Shown in pieces: positions 12,621 through 25,935 of a stretch of DNA of 64,000 nt. Location: assembly GCF_001194135.2 (NCBI RefSeq), contig NC_068994.1:52783966-52847965 (forward strand), given 5' to 3'. Position 1 is the stretch's first letter. Each line of letters starts with the position of its first letter. Made by a program: the position numbers and the translations under genes. Below the pieces are notes generated by a model that was given only the letters and a program-made list of their open reading frames with translations, had not been told where the DNA came from and ran no database searches. The DNA is from Octopus bimaculoides. Lineage: Eukaryota.

Positions 12621-13939
12621 AGATTAAACTCCTTTGTCTAAAAATTTGCATCTACGAACGGAATAACGTCTTTAAACACAATTCAAGTGCAACACTAAAT
12701 AACAACCGTAAATATTAGGTATTTATTTGGTATTATACACTTTCAGAGAGAACGTATAACATCTTACCACCCCTTCAGCCAGCCCTATTAATGAACCCCA
12801 TCTTTTCTACTCCCCATCCACCACGTAGCATATAAACAAAAATCATTAAAACAAAAGAAGATAGACTAAATAAATATAATGAGGCGAAGTAAATACGATG
12901 AATTTTTACTTGTCAAACCACAAATAAACACACGAAAATTCATTTGATATTTCCTGGATCAGTGGAATAGTTGGCAAACATCCAAGACATATAAACACAC
13001 GGTCATCCCCATCTATTAATTCTGAACACTCCAGATTGCAGATTTTCGGAATTTAATTTCTCGTATGTTTTTTTTTTGTTTTTTTTTATTGTCATTATTT
13101 TTCCTACTGGAACCTCAATCTTTCTTGAAATAAAATTCTGAGATTAGTCGCTGTTTTTCTTTCTAGTCGTCGTCGTCGTCGTCATCATCATCATCATCAT
13201 CATATATACAAGCGCGCGCGTGTTTGACCGTAGTATTATAAAAGAACAGTTTATATAAGGCATTGTAAAATAGACTGAGAAATGTTTGAGTAATTTAGGC
13301 CAACGCAAGATGGAAATTCTTCACAGTTTATCACTATAAATAAATAACTCTAATTTACAACGAAATACTTTATATGTAAACGAATTAAATATTGATATTT
13401 TTTACGCTATTGATCACACAGTTTCCTCGACTGGAGTTGAACAGAGGCGTTGCAACACCAACTATAATACCTAGCCTAAAAGGTGTTTGTACGCTAGGTT
13501 ATATACCCAACCAATCATACAGTTTACATTGTTGATACTTCAATACTCGTAAAGTAGACAATTTTTTTCTCTCGTTTGAGAGAGAAAATAACGTGACCAT
13601 ACTACTGAGGTTTTATCGTTATTTAATTTTCTGTCTCAAATAAATTTATAGCATTGTACATACATCGTTTACTTCGCTATTTTTCGTTCTCCCTTAGAGT
13701 AAAATCACATAAAATTTCGGACTGGAAATATCTAGCGGTAAAAATGAAAACATTTCTTAAAATAATAAAATAATAATGTAGTGATATATTTTATTTCATT
13801 TAATTCTATTTCTGTTATTTGTTTACATCTCTCACTTCCTAAATGTTTTTGTAGTATATTTGTGTTTAAACATCTGTATTTATATACCGATACAAACACA
13901 CCCCAAACACGTCCTTCTATACATACATACATACATACA

Positions 13940-13973
<34 letters not shown>

Positions 13974-14069
13974 CATACATACATATATACATACATACAT
14001 ACATATATGTGTGTGTATGTATTATGTATGCATTTGCCTACAAACATATATAAAAATATATTTTTCAAG

Positions 14070-14128
<59 letters not shown>

Positions 14129-17100
14129 NNNNNNNNNNNNNNNNNNNNNNNNNNNNNNNNNNNNNNNNNNNNNNNNNNNNNNNNNNNNNNNNNNNNNNNN
14201 NNNNNNNNNNNNNNNNNNNNNNNNNNNNNNNNNNNNNNNNNNNNNNNNNNNNNNNNNNNNNNNNNNNNNNNNNNNNNNNNNNNNNNNNNNNNNNNNNNNN
14301 NNNNNNNNNNNNNNNNNNNNNNNNNNNNNNNNNNNNNNNNNNNNNNNNNNNNNNNNNNNNNNNNNNNNNNNNNNNNNNNNNNNNNNNNNNNNNNNNNNNN
14401 NNNAAATACAAACATATAGACACATATATTCATGCACACATATATATATATATAGACAATTTTACAAAAATGTTTCCCTATACTACATCTATTTATGTAA
14501 CATTTTATATGCTTTTGTGATATTTTGCCTGACATTTACGACGATCACGCCGTCAAAAATGGTGTAAATGGCTGTGTAGCGGTAACTTTTAAAGCCTCTG
14601 CGTATACAGTAGGGAGATATAAGTTCTTGTGTCCCAGAAAAATAATACCGTATCTCAGAACGCGTAAATGGAAACGTATTTCTCATTGATTTCTCTGTAA
14701 CATGCATCGCAATGTTAAAGCAAAATTTTCCGGAACGCAGTAGTTCGGTAAAGAGGTGAGAAAACTGTATGTTTCAGGAATTGTAAGTAATAAATCATGA
14801 CATATTACACCTGTTCTTTCGAAAAATCTACAAGATTCCTTGGAAAATATTCATAATATTTCAGCTGCTTTTGTTAACTCTTTCTAAGATTTAGGTTTCT
14901 GTCTTCTGGTTTGTTTTTTTCTCTGCTTTCTCTTATATCTTGCTATTGACATTGAAGAGAGCATGGAAAAAAAATAGAAGTCAGCAGAGAATTCGTTCTT
15001 TTTTTTTTAGGACATTTGGTTTATGCGAATGTGTGCATTGACGTTGTGTTGCCAGATTTCTTATTTGCTGTTCACACTTAGATATTTCCATAAACACCAT
15101 GTTGCTGCACATGATTATCAAAACATATTCTTAGTTGCTATGTAAGTACTATCAGATAATCATTGAAAATAATCACCAGGTTTGTCTTGATGGTCGGTAA
15201 GTTGAAGATGCGCAGATTCATGGTTGTCGACTCCTGGTATTCGGGAAGAGATTATGATGGATCGATTGTTATAAAATGCACTTAATTTTCATTTTCAGTC
15301 ATTTATTTCTACTCTTACTTATGAATTCACATTTTAATGATACCAATCACTGACTAATTTTACAAGGATACGCCACAGTAGGGTAGAAAAAACCTAGTGC
15401 TGGTGATTCTCTAAGTCTGCTTCAATATAAACGTTCACAGGATATAGTTGAGGGAAGAACATAATTGAAGTAAATATCATAGAATTTATAACTTACGTCA
15501 ATGAAATATAGTGTCTTTCAAATAATTGAAACCCCAGAGTGTTGCCAAGAAAAAAATTACAATCTCGTGTCGTTGATGTAAGGACCAAATTTCACAGGAA
15601 ATAATAATATAAGTCGAAAGACAACCGGTACTTAGACAGAAGCCAATGGCAACGTCTTCTTTGTTTGAAATCATTTTAGAAAAGGAACCAGTTACATCAT
15701 TAGATTTTCCATATGTTGACATACATTATCGACGGTGTGAACCTATGCAAACCATCAATATCATAATGCTACGCGAATTCTGAAAACTCTTGAATATTTG
15801 AAAATGTTTCTTGGTTTCAAATTCACTTAAGAGGTTCATATTCTAAAACATCTCCTAAAAATCTTTGGGTTAAACAGTAATGTTTACCAATGTTTAAATT
15901 CATTTGGAAGGAGGCACTTGTAATTATAATGCAACACTTTTTATTTGCAGAAATTACCGCACAGATGCATCAATTTGTGTAACTCAAACTTATATTATGG
16001 TGAATTGTCATAAATGTTATATACCAAGCTTTGATCAAACAATTGTGTACAGTTTTATGTGAAAGTATAATGTGCCTTGAGAGAATACCTATTTCCAAAG
16101 CTCGATATATGAAGCAAAGAATTTTTTTGCTTTAGCTTTTATGTACAAAAATGTATGCAAGGAAAACAATAGTTGCTGTAACCTTCTGCTTGCAATGACG
16201 CAACAAGGATTTGCCCATACATGTTTGTTTATGGCTATAAAATTCTTATATGAAAAGCGGGTGCCATCACTGCATGGGTAATTAATTTACAAGTTACTGC
16301 TCACAGCAAACTGAAAGAAAGAAAATATTCTCCTGGGTAGAATTAAAAAAGAAAACAGAGGGAAAGAATGGGGAAGGGAGAAGGGAAAGAGGGGAGAAAG
16401 GGAGAGAGATATGGAAGGACAGATGTTTCCCACAAGAAAGCCTAGTAAAAGACAAACCACTCCATACTTGAGAAATATACGGTCATTGATTTATCGTATT
16501 CTGACAATCTACAATGGGAAAAAAAAATCTACTTAATCTATTAACTTAGAAAATTAAAATCATTCGCACCACTGTTGCCTGAAACCGACCATACTATTAA
16601 TTTAACAAAGAGGGTGGCACGTCTTGGATCACTTTGGAAAGAAGAACACCTGCAAGAGTGGAACAGGCTGTGAGCCTGTTATGTGGTTCAGTAGTCTTCG
16701 TCATAACGGCATAAAGGCTTATATTGTGCACAAGGAGAATACGGGTACAAATATGCAACATGAACAGTCTCTCCTGGAGATGACTAAAGATCTGTGCATG
16801 ACTAAGTATATAACCAATGAAGCGAATGATGACGACATTTATATTCATTACAGGCCTCCTCTAAAACGACAACTGTGATATTTGAAACCTTGGAAATTAA
16901 AATCATTCCAAATTTTATTCCTCAAACTCCATTGTCTGATGTTATTTGGAAACAGCGTGGCGTGATACACATGTTATTTTAAAACGAAACTTGTAAACTG
17001 TCTCGAGGTGATTTTTGTAAATTTTTATTTGTCAGCATCTTCCATCAGGTGTTCACAACATTTTTCCTGTTTCATTCATTTACGGTGGATGTTTTTGGTC

Positions 17101-17458
17101 TTCAGAGCAACCGCTTCCACGAATAAGTTATTATATACTATAATGAGAAATGAAAAAAAATAGCAAAATGCAAAATAAGTACAATAAAAATCTAGCTCAC
17201 TCTCGCATTCATATATGTATATTTATGCTTCTCTTTCACTCTCTAGCTCTCTATTTTTCTATCTATCAATCTATCATATATATATATATATANNNNNNNN
17301 NNNNNNNNNNNNNNNNNNNNNNNNNNNNNNNNNNNNNNNNNNNNNNNNNNNNNNNNNNNNNNNNNNNNNNNNNNNNNNNNNNNNNNNNNNNNNNNNNNNN
17401 NNNNNNNNNNNNNNNNNNNNNNNNNNNNNNNNNNNNNNNNNNNNNNNNNNNGAGAGAA

Positions 17459-17490
<32 letters not shown>

Positions 17491-18039
17491 GGGCAGAGAG
17501 AGAGAGAGATTTTCATATTTCTTTAAAATTACTTCTGTCTGATACTTTCTACAGACGCCTGTTGTACGATCGTTACCTGAATCTTATTGCACTAAGGATG
17601 ATGACGGCCTTAGATAACTAACACTTGAATGTCAATCAATTTCTTATTGCAATCTTTGAAAATACATAACAATATCATGAAGTAATATTCGCACGAATTC
17701 AACAATTATGAATAATCCGACGAGAGAGGATTTACCGGTTTGTGTAATGCCATAATTTGAAAATATTTCGAGAAAGAAAAATCGTACTTTAATTACATGA
17801 CGTGAGAGAACTGACAGACAGTTCTCTATCTCAATGATACAAATCATTGGACAATTTCTATTAATTTAAATACAACTGTCCATGTCATTCGTCATCCACT
17901 TGTAACAGCTTTAAGACGCGTGATTTATGCATTCGTAACCAGAATGAATATAATCCTTTGTACGTTAAAATTATATTTCTATATTACTACGAATACATAA
18001 TACATATATTCAAATAGGTATATATATGTATATATATAT

Positions 18040-18200
18040 ATACATATTTTTCTCCGTGTTTTTCTCCTTGTCTCCGTATTCTTTCTGTTGAAGAGCGTAG
18101 CTCGAAACGTCAAAGACTTTCCGTATTCCCGAGCGTCATACTAATATATCCTTTTGTTATTTCCACCACCTGTCCTCGTCTGTTGTTATTATTTGTATAT
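18040..18200 (+). mobile_element. second Penelope-like terminal repeat fragment (unrelated sequence family)
   Basis: Pyrimidine-rich segment between TA microsatellites containing a minimal hammerhead fold; boundaries approximate. Confidence 0.5.
18080..18116 (+). ncRNA. minimal hammerhead-like motif with variant core (CUGUUGA)
   Basis: Stem I TCTTT/AAAGA, core CTGTTGA plus A (A6 replaced by U), stem II GAGC-GTA-GCTC, GAAAC-GTC. Confidence 0.6.
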
Positions 18201-18392
18201 TCTCCCATATATATNNNNNNNNNNNNNNNNNNNNNNNNNNNNNNNNNNNNNNNNNNNNNNNNNNNNNNNNNNNNNNNNNNNNNNNNNNNNNNNNNNNNNN
18301 NNNNNNNNNNNNNNNNNNNNNNNNNNNNNNNNNNTGTGTGTGTGTATGTGCATGTATGTATGTTCGTGCGTGTGTGTGTATATATATGTACG

Positions 18393-18453
<61 letters not shown>

Positions 18454-19849
18454 ATCTATCTATCTATTTATCTATCTTGAAATAATCGTCAGCCAACTCT
18501 TCGATGAATGATGGACAAATCATATTTTGTTTTCTATACTAAATTCTATATAGAGCATAATGAAAGCATTATTCGCTGGTTCATTTTGACAACTCGTACT
18601 TAAGGAAAATTTTATGCAGATTTTTTCTTTTTCTGAACCAGCATCATTTATCGGTAGATTATACGAAAGAGTCAAGTTTACTCTACACCGAGTGACACTT
18701 AGATACATTAGTCTGAGAAAAGAATATTCAGTTCTCAACTTTATTCAAACATACACATCTGTAAGAATTGCATTTTTACAATGTCCGTTGTTCGTGTTCT
18801 TTTTACTTAGTTCGCCTGCACTTAAATCTAACCAGTAGGCATATTGTTTTTCAAAAATACAATTACAATGTCTAAATGGTTCCGTTATATCTCTGTCTAA
18901 GTGCCAGTTAATCAGGTTTCTATAGAAACGGAGCACTAATGCGATAGCTTATACTGACACATTAACAACGGTATAAAATTTAGTTTGCTGCAAAATCTTG
19001 AGAGATTTCCAGCTTACTCAGTTCAGTTGAGGTGTTCTCCAAACTAAAAAGAGAATATGAACAATACAATATCTGTAACCACATCAATCATAATATCTGT
19101 CCAAAGATAATGTATGAAAAACGAACCAGAAGAATTATGTTCTGTGGAATATATCTAAGGTACTAAAACCTAGAGTAGTCACAGAATGTTAACAGACTGA
19201 ATGCAAATATGTAGCATATATGAGTATACGTATGAATGCTTATTCAGTCTGAAGCAACTTCATTTAGTCCTCTGAAGTAAACCTAAGGCGCTGTTCAAAA
19301 ATGTGGGGCGGCATAATATCACACACAAAAACCATTACAATTTGAGGGGAACTTGGTTTTCATGATGTCTATGTCACGTATTACAGCCTTTATATATATA
19401 TTTCCTGTGAGTTCGAGGTTGGGAAGCCAACCAAGGGATCGTACCTACCCAAATTACTGCTGGTAGTGTGCCCAATTATTCATACCCAAGTGCTGGTTAT
19501 TGCGCGGCAATTTGGCGATCGAGTGTCATATATGGCCGGGGGTAAAAAGCGGTTTACCCTTCATTTATACGGCAAAAAGAAAATGGGGGGGGGGAACAAA
19601 AATGATATACATCAGCCGTTAGACATTATGTCTATTTATTCCAAAACGTACTACACAAATATGTACTAGTAATACATAAAAGAGTAAAAGATTAAAAGAT
19701 CAGTTCCTTACGGCCGTTTCTGCCAAGAGGCCACGATATCCTCCATGCTAGCCCCATCTCTTTAGTGTTCTGTAGGATGGGTAGATAAAGTTTGAATGTT
19801 GAGTGTGCCTCTAGACTTCATCAGAGAGTCCAAATGTTTAGGAGAGCCG

Positions 19850-20200
19850 ATACATAAAAGAGGGTCTTCCAGTAGCCACCCTCTTAACCCAGGGTAGCAC
19901 TAGCTCCTCCAGGCACTTGATGTAGGCCTCCGTGTTGAGTCTGAGGCAGTGTGGGAAGATGAATGAAGGCATAACGTCACCATCACTAGTGATCACTCCA
20001 AACACCATGATGTTGACTGGATGTTTGGTTTTATCATCCCGGTACATGTCATAGGATTGCACTATCCTCAGATTGACACCCAAGCATTCTGAAATATTCG
20101 TATTGGAGTTCCGGTTCGAACGTCAACCGTTACAAGTCGTTTCCATGTTTCTGGCAGAGTGACTGGCTACATAGTGCTGTTTTTCTCACAGAAGGTGCCA
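19850..20200 (-). mobile_element. Tc1/mariner (maT/DD37D-like) transposase remnant, internally deleted
   Basis: NISECLGVNLRIVQ (HTH-like) joined directly to KTKHPVNIMVFGVITSDGDVMPSFIFPHCLRLNTEAYIKCLEELVLPWVKRVATGRP, the region between the first and second catalytic Asp of such transposases. Confidence 0.85.
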
Positions 20201-21175
20201 AACACACCCTACTATACTGTGTAGTCGACAAAATCAAAAATAAACAATGCGGATGCTCGAAATTAGAAATATAAGAAGCCGAGAATATAGTCATCACAAC
20301 TTGGAAATACTTGTGCGTGTGTGTTGTGTGTGCATGTGTGTATGTGTGTGCATATGTATAAAAATATACATATATAGGTGTGTATATGTATGCGTACCTG
20401 TATGTGTGTCTGTGATTTGGAGTATGTATAAATTTGTGCGTCTGTAATTCTTTGGGACCGGGAAGGTCAGAGCGAAAGACGCATATAATAATAAAGACAA
20501 ACTAAAACTCCACTTGTGGCCAAATTGAGGGCACATACATAGAATAAAGTAGACAATGATGAAAAAAAAGCTAAGAAAGAAAATAACTCGACGCTGTTTG
20601 AGTCGAAGTTGAAGAACCATTCATCATTCGCCATTAATCCGATTTTAATTAGGCTTCAGAATGTCCATGATATTTATGCATTTACAAAGCAGCAGCAGCA
20701 GTAGTAGTAGTGGCTGATGTTTTTATTGTCTCTTTTCCTGCAGATAGTTTTTGTTAATTCCTTAAAACAAATTTTAGAGATATTCTCGTTTTACCTAGCG
20801 TTCTTTAAAAGTTTTCGTCGATATTCTTGTATCGCGTCTATAAAAAATAAATTTATAAAATAAATGACAGAAAGACATTTATTTATGGCTCATTCTTTCA
20901 GCTGAAATATATCTATCAATTGAATTCCATATTATATACATATGCTTCATTATAATTTCAAAAATTTCACGTAGGTTACAGGATTTCACTGCAGAAGAAA
21001 GCGCAATTCGCTATACCTTCGGTTTAGGTATTGTTTTATCTCACTTTTCGTTATTTGAAATTTACTCTAGCTTCTATCTATGTAGTAAATGATCATACAA
21101 TATTCTATGCATTGCAGAAATATTTCACATACACATCTGCATATCTTTTAATCATTACGAGGATACAATTCTATT

Positions 21176-21392
21176 AAGATGGCGTGCTAGCAGAATCGTT
21201 AGCACGCTGGACGAAATGCTTGGTGTCTTTTCGCCTCTCGCTGCGTTCTGAGTTCAAATTCCGCTAAAATCAACTTTGCTTTTTATCTTTTCAGGGTCGA
21301 TAAATTAAGTACCAGTTGAAAATTAGGGTCAATGTAATCGACTCATACCCACCTCCCCCAAGCTGCCGTTTTGGCAAAAATTTGAAATACTA
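21176..21392 (+). mobile_element. Nin/Deu-domain-like SINE followed by long (ATT)n
   Basis: gcagaatcgttagcacg...ctgagttcaaattccg...cttttcagggtcgataaattaagtaccagttg. Confidence 0.9.
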
Positions 21393-21417
21393 TTATTATT
21401 ATTATTATTATTATTAC

Positions 21418-21484
<67 letters not shown>

Positions 21485-21624
21485 GTCGCTGAGTAAGAGA
21501 GACATGCATGGCATCAAAGTGACACTTCCGTAAAGTCGGTGCCCCTGCTCTTTTATGCTAGATTAGTGCATTCATTTAAGAGATGGTTAATAATAGCCTC
21601 TGTTCCCAAATTTCAGGACCAGTG

Positions 21625-21760
21625 CCTGAAATTTGGGGAATCCACTGCCCAAAGTTTACAGATCCCGAAAGAATGAAAGGCAATGTGAACTCAGATTAAA
21701 ACCGGAAGAAATACCGTTAAATATGTTCTCCGAGGCAATAAATACCTCATCTGTCAGGTC
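21625..21760 (-). mobile_element. degenerate SINE
   Basis: cctgaaatttgggg...cccgaaagaatgaaaggcaatgtgaactcaga...gaaataccgttaa, the reverse complement of the family pattern. Confidence 0.6.
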
Positions 21761-22209
21761 AGATCACCACATTCTCTCTATTGTTGTTACTCAACTACTA
21801 CTTTTCACAAAAAGAGGTCTGTCGATATCAGCGACGCCAGCAATCGTCTGCTATTTTATTGTTTCGGCAAAGAAACGAAAGGTATAATCTGTGGGATTTG
21901 GCTCTCAGAATGTATAGAGTTGGAACAAATATGTATGTTTTTTGTGGCGGTGTTTATCTGTTTATCTCTTTCTCTGTACGAGTATTTATACAATGCCAGG
22001 TTTGTCCATTAGATCCATCTACATCCAACAGCTCAGAAACCAAGTTTTTGTATGTCTGGTATTACAAAGAGTTTTTCTTGCACACTATCAATACACGGTG
22101 TGTAAACATCAGACTGACAGGCGAGTGGACAACATGAAATAAACTGCTACAAGCTATTGTAATTATTAGCTACCCATCCCGATCGTTAATACAAATGGAT
22201 ATACATCTG

Positions 22210-22249
<40 letters not shown>

Positions 22250-23341
22250 GTTCTGTGTGTGTGTGTGTGTAGATATAAATATGATATATATAAACACAAC
22301 TATGCGTATACATATATTGCATATAATGTACACAGTTATATGTATGCATATATATGTGTAAATAAATATATATATTGATTAGTAGATATACACACAGGGA
22401 TGGACTTACAGAGTTAGAAATAATTATTTGTATAAGTTATAAAATATAAAATTATCAAATAAATATGCAGCACTTCTAATGCCCATGTAAATGTGGTAGT
22501 ACTCCAGAATATTGTTGGAATGAGAATTTCTCTACAATGAACATAACATCTATTGATTGAGTTCAGCGCTACGTACATGGACACGTGTATTATATTGCTT
22601 CAACAGCAAACAGAAAAATCCTGGCTCCTATGAAGTATCAAATTGAATATTGAAACTATTCCGATATTCTGTAGTAGCGCCATGCTTAAACTTGAATACG
22701 ATGTTATGAAAAAAACATGAAAACAAAACTGAAACAAAGAGAACATTCCGACTGGAATGCTAATCTAAGAAAGTTTCCTCAATCACTTAACCTCGCAAAA
22801 TATTTGGATAAACTCCAGCCACATCTATTATACCACACAAGGATCTATAATGAAAATATTCGCTGAAATTAGTTTGAAAAGAAAGCTAGTTCTAACACAT
22901 AATACCCAATAACTATCTAAACAGAACGACACGGAAGATATTCTTTATGCCACGTATGCCTTGTATCTCAGACAAGTTTAGAAAGAATATATTTCTTACT
23001 GTTGTCTATGTTGATGTTGTTTCACATACATTTTTCTCTCTCGTTTTGTTTTTCATTTTATTTTTGTTTTGTTTTTGTTCATTCCTTACGTAACCTGTTC
23101 AATCAAGTTTTGAACATTTATTAGTTTTACTCAAACCATGTTTGTCTAATGCATTTGTATTTTGTGTCTTGGGATGAATAGAATGCATAATGAGACATAT
23201 CAATAAAGGCATTGTAAACATATACACTAGCACATACACGTACATGCATACACACACACACACACAAACACACACATACACACACACATACACACACACA
23301 CATATATATATATGCAAATAAAAGTGTATGCATGCATTTAC

Positions 23342-23407
<66 letters not shown>

Positions 23408-23687
23408 GGAGAGAGAGAGAGAGGGGGATGAGTAAAAGAGGAAGAGGGAGAGAGAAAGCCATATGCAAATTTTGTTATCGAATAAGGTAAGAAGATTCTA
23501 TAAAGCAATGTAAAGTTGTCCCTCGATTGACACACCCGATAGTCAATCGAAAACAATTCCAAATAGCGCAAAGCGAGGGCGATGTATGTGTGATATTACT
23601 AACAAAACGCACAGATACACACAATCGCAAATACAATTTGAGAATTATAAGTAGGAATTGGAATACTACTACTACTACTACTACTAC

Positions 23688-23739
<52 letters not shown>

Positions 23740-24079
23740 TATTATTATTATTATTATTATTANNNNNNNNNNNNNNNNNNNNNNNNNNNNNNNNNNNNNN
23801 NNNNNNNNNNNNNNNNNNNNNNNNNNNNNNNNNNNNNNNNNNNNNNNNNNNNNNNNNNNNNNNNNNNNNNNNNNNNNNNNNNNNNNNNNNNATGATGGTG
23901 ATGATGATGATGAGGATGAGGAGGAGGAGGAGGAGGAGGAGGAGGAGGAGGAGGAGACGCAGGAGAAGAAAGAGGAAGAATGTGTTGATGAGGAGAATGA
24001 TGACTACATAGAAACATTTTTGTTTTCTTTTCCAATACTTTAAAATATAGTGTGTGTATGTATAGTGTGTGTTTTAAAG

Positions 24080-24506
24080 TTATTGAAAATCCATTCATTA
24101 TACTGGTTTGGATAATTTCTTCCTTTCGATCAAGTATTCTAACAATCGTTTTCTTCTTATTAAAATATTTTTTACTGTTTCTTTTGAACTGTTTTGCCTT
24201 TTCAAATAGATTTAATATTCGAGTTTTCATTTCCAGAGATATCGACTTTCTTGACATATGAAAACCTATCATCTAATCTTGAAGAGATTTACGCCTGTAC
24301 AAAAATATAATTCGAGTTACAGCATTAGTTTATTAGTTTAGTGAGCTCTCTGTCTCATTCACTATCGAAGAAGTAAGATCAAAGTGAAACCGAATTAATG
24401 TGCAAATCTGAAATAAGAGTAAAAGAGAACTGTTTCTACTTCACGGAGTTTCACATATCGCGAGGTGTTTCGGAACGTAACACCCGCGATAGTCGAGGGA
24501 TTACTG
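24080..24506 (-). mobile_element. pogo/Tigger-type transposon 5' end (TIR plus CENP-B-like HTH)
   Basis: Minus strand starts CAGTAATCCCTCGACTATCGCGG (Tigger-like TIR) at 24506; translation SRKSISLEMKTRILNLFEK...KKTIVRILDRKEEI matches the pogo/Tigger N-terminal HTH. Confidence 0.8.
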
Positions 24507-25027
24507 TGTACATTTTCCTAAATAAAATAATCTAAATGTTAAACAGTGTTTCGCATGCCGCTGTGGACTTCTTTTACTCACAAAAGACAGTTACAAAATA
24601 GGTTTAATTGCTTACAACGAAATAAACCTGTTGGTGCTACATATAACCGACAGTGCCGAAAGTTCAATCGTTCTTGATGACAATTTTGTAGCGAATCACT
24701 TTCTCTCGTTTATAATTCTAATCTTCATACTCTATGGATGATTTGATATACATTGCAGAGGTAACTAATTTTTATCCAGATAATTTCAGTCTTATAATTG
24801 ACTTGTACACTGGTTGTATATATTTTGTTATGAAAAGGAAAAAAAAAATCAGGAACAAGTATTTTCTTTTTCATTCCCTCGGTACCAGTTTGCGCAGCTG
24901 TCTTTTGCAAATCATTCTAACATAATGTTGAAAGCAGCAATTAATTAAACTGAACATTCGTCTACTCACATTGTCAGCTATTTTACATAACAAGATACTT
25001 GTCTTATACGTACATAAGTACATATAT

Positions 25028-25101
<74 letters not shown>

Positions 25102-25329
25102 AGATATATGTATAGATATATGTATATACATGGTGGTGGTAGTGGTGGTGGTGGTGTCGGCGGCGGCGGCGGATCATAAGAGGAGGAGGGGAGGAGGAGC
25201 AGGATCATAACAGCTGAAAAGAATTAATGTAGACTAAGAATAACCCCAACAGTTGCTGAGAAGTGCTTGAGAAAAGCCCGACCAAACCCTTCAGAGCACA
25301 AAGAATAACGGAAAGCATTTAATGAAGCT

Positions 25330-25935
25330 GAACAAGTAACTGCAGAATATTTGAAGAGGTGGATAAATCGGTTCATCACCTTGTCTGTAGTTGCCCGAAC
25401 ATGACCAACAAAGAACATGCAGAACATGCAGAACATGCATCAACATGCAGAACAAAGTTGGGACTTATATGCATTGGGTGAGTTGTCAGCACTATGAAAT
25501 TCCTATCGACAAGAAGTGTTATGAATACTCTTTAGCATACTAGTATAAATTGGCAGAGGAGATAAATTCTAATGGACCAGACATTGTTATCAAGGACTCC
25601 CAGGAAGATAAATTTCTCCATTAGTCTCAAACGATGATAATGTGTCTCTTAAAACGATGGAGAAATTATACATAGATAAAGATTTTAGAAAGAAAACTAA
25701 CCAAACGAGTAACAATCACTTTAATAATAGATATTTTGGAAACGAAAAATATTGGCGACAAAGACATCGTTGTAACAAGTATGTAAAGTAAAATATACAG
25801 AACATATAGAAAACGGAACTGCTAAGTTCTGCGCATATATTACGTAATGTAATTTCTATTCACTAAATATACCTCAAGCAAACGAAAATATTGCAAGTAC
25901 CCAAGGCATGCAGAGCTACGCACAGCTGTACAATA
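25330..25935 (+). mobile_element. old R4/Dong-like non-LTR retrotransposon 3' end
   Basis: NGPDIVIKDSQEDK (25571-) resembles the restriction-like endonuclease NRPDIVI motif; LLSSAHILRNVISIH* (25819-25866) parallels LLGTAHILRKTLSIQ* of the 38.2 kb copy; shared 3'UTR motif acccaaggc..cagagct.cgc; followed by a degenerate AAT/GAT tract. Confidence 0.75.

Noticed and set aside
15498-15722. Minus ORF with DVTGSFSKMISNKEDVAIG, reminiscent of an ionotropic-receptor S1 segment
   Set aside because: Only a few residues match, spacing is off, a stop lies immediately upstream and no other IR segments were found.
19018-19043. Minus-strand 26-nt micro-exon with strong splice sites
   Set aside because: No partner exons; it shows that strong-looking splice pairs occur on both strands by chance in this DNA.
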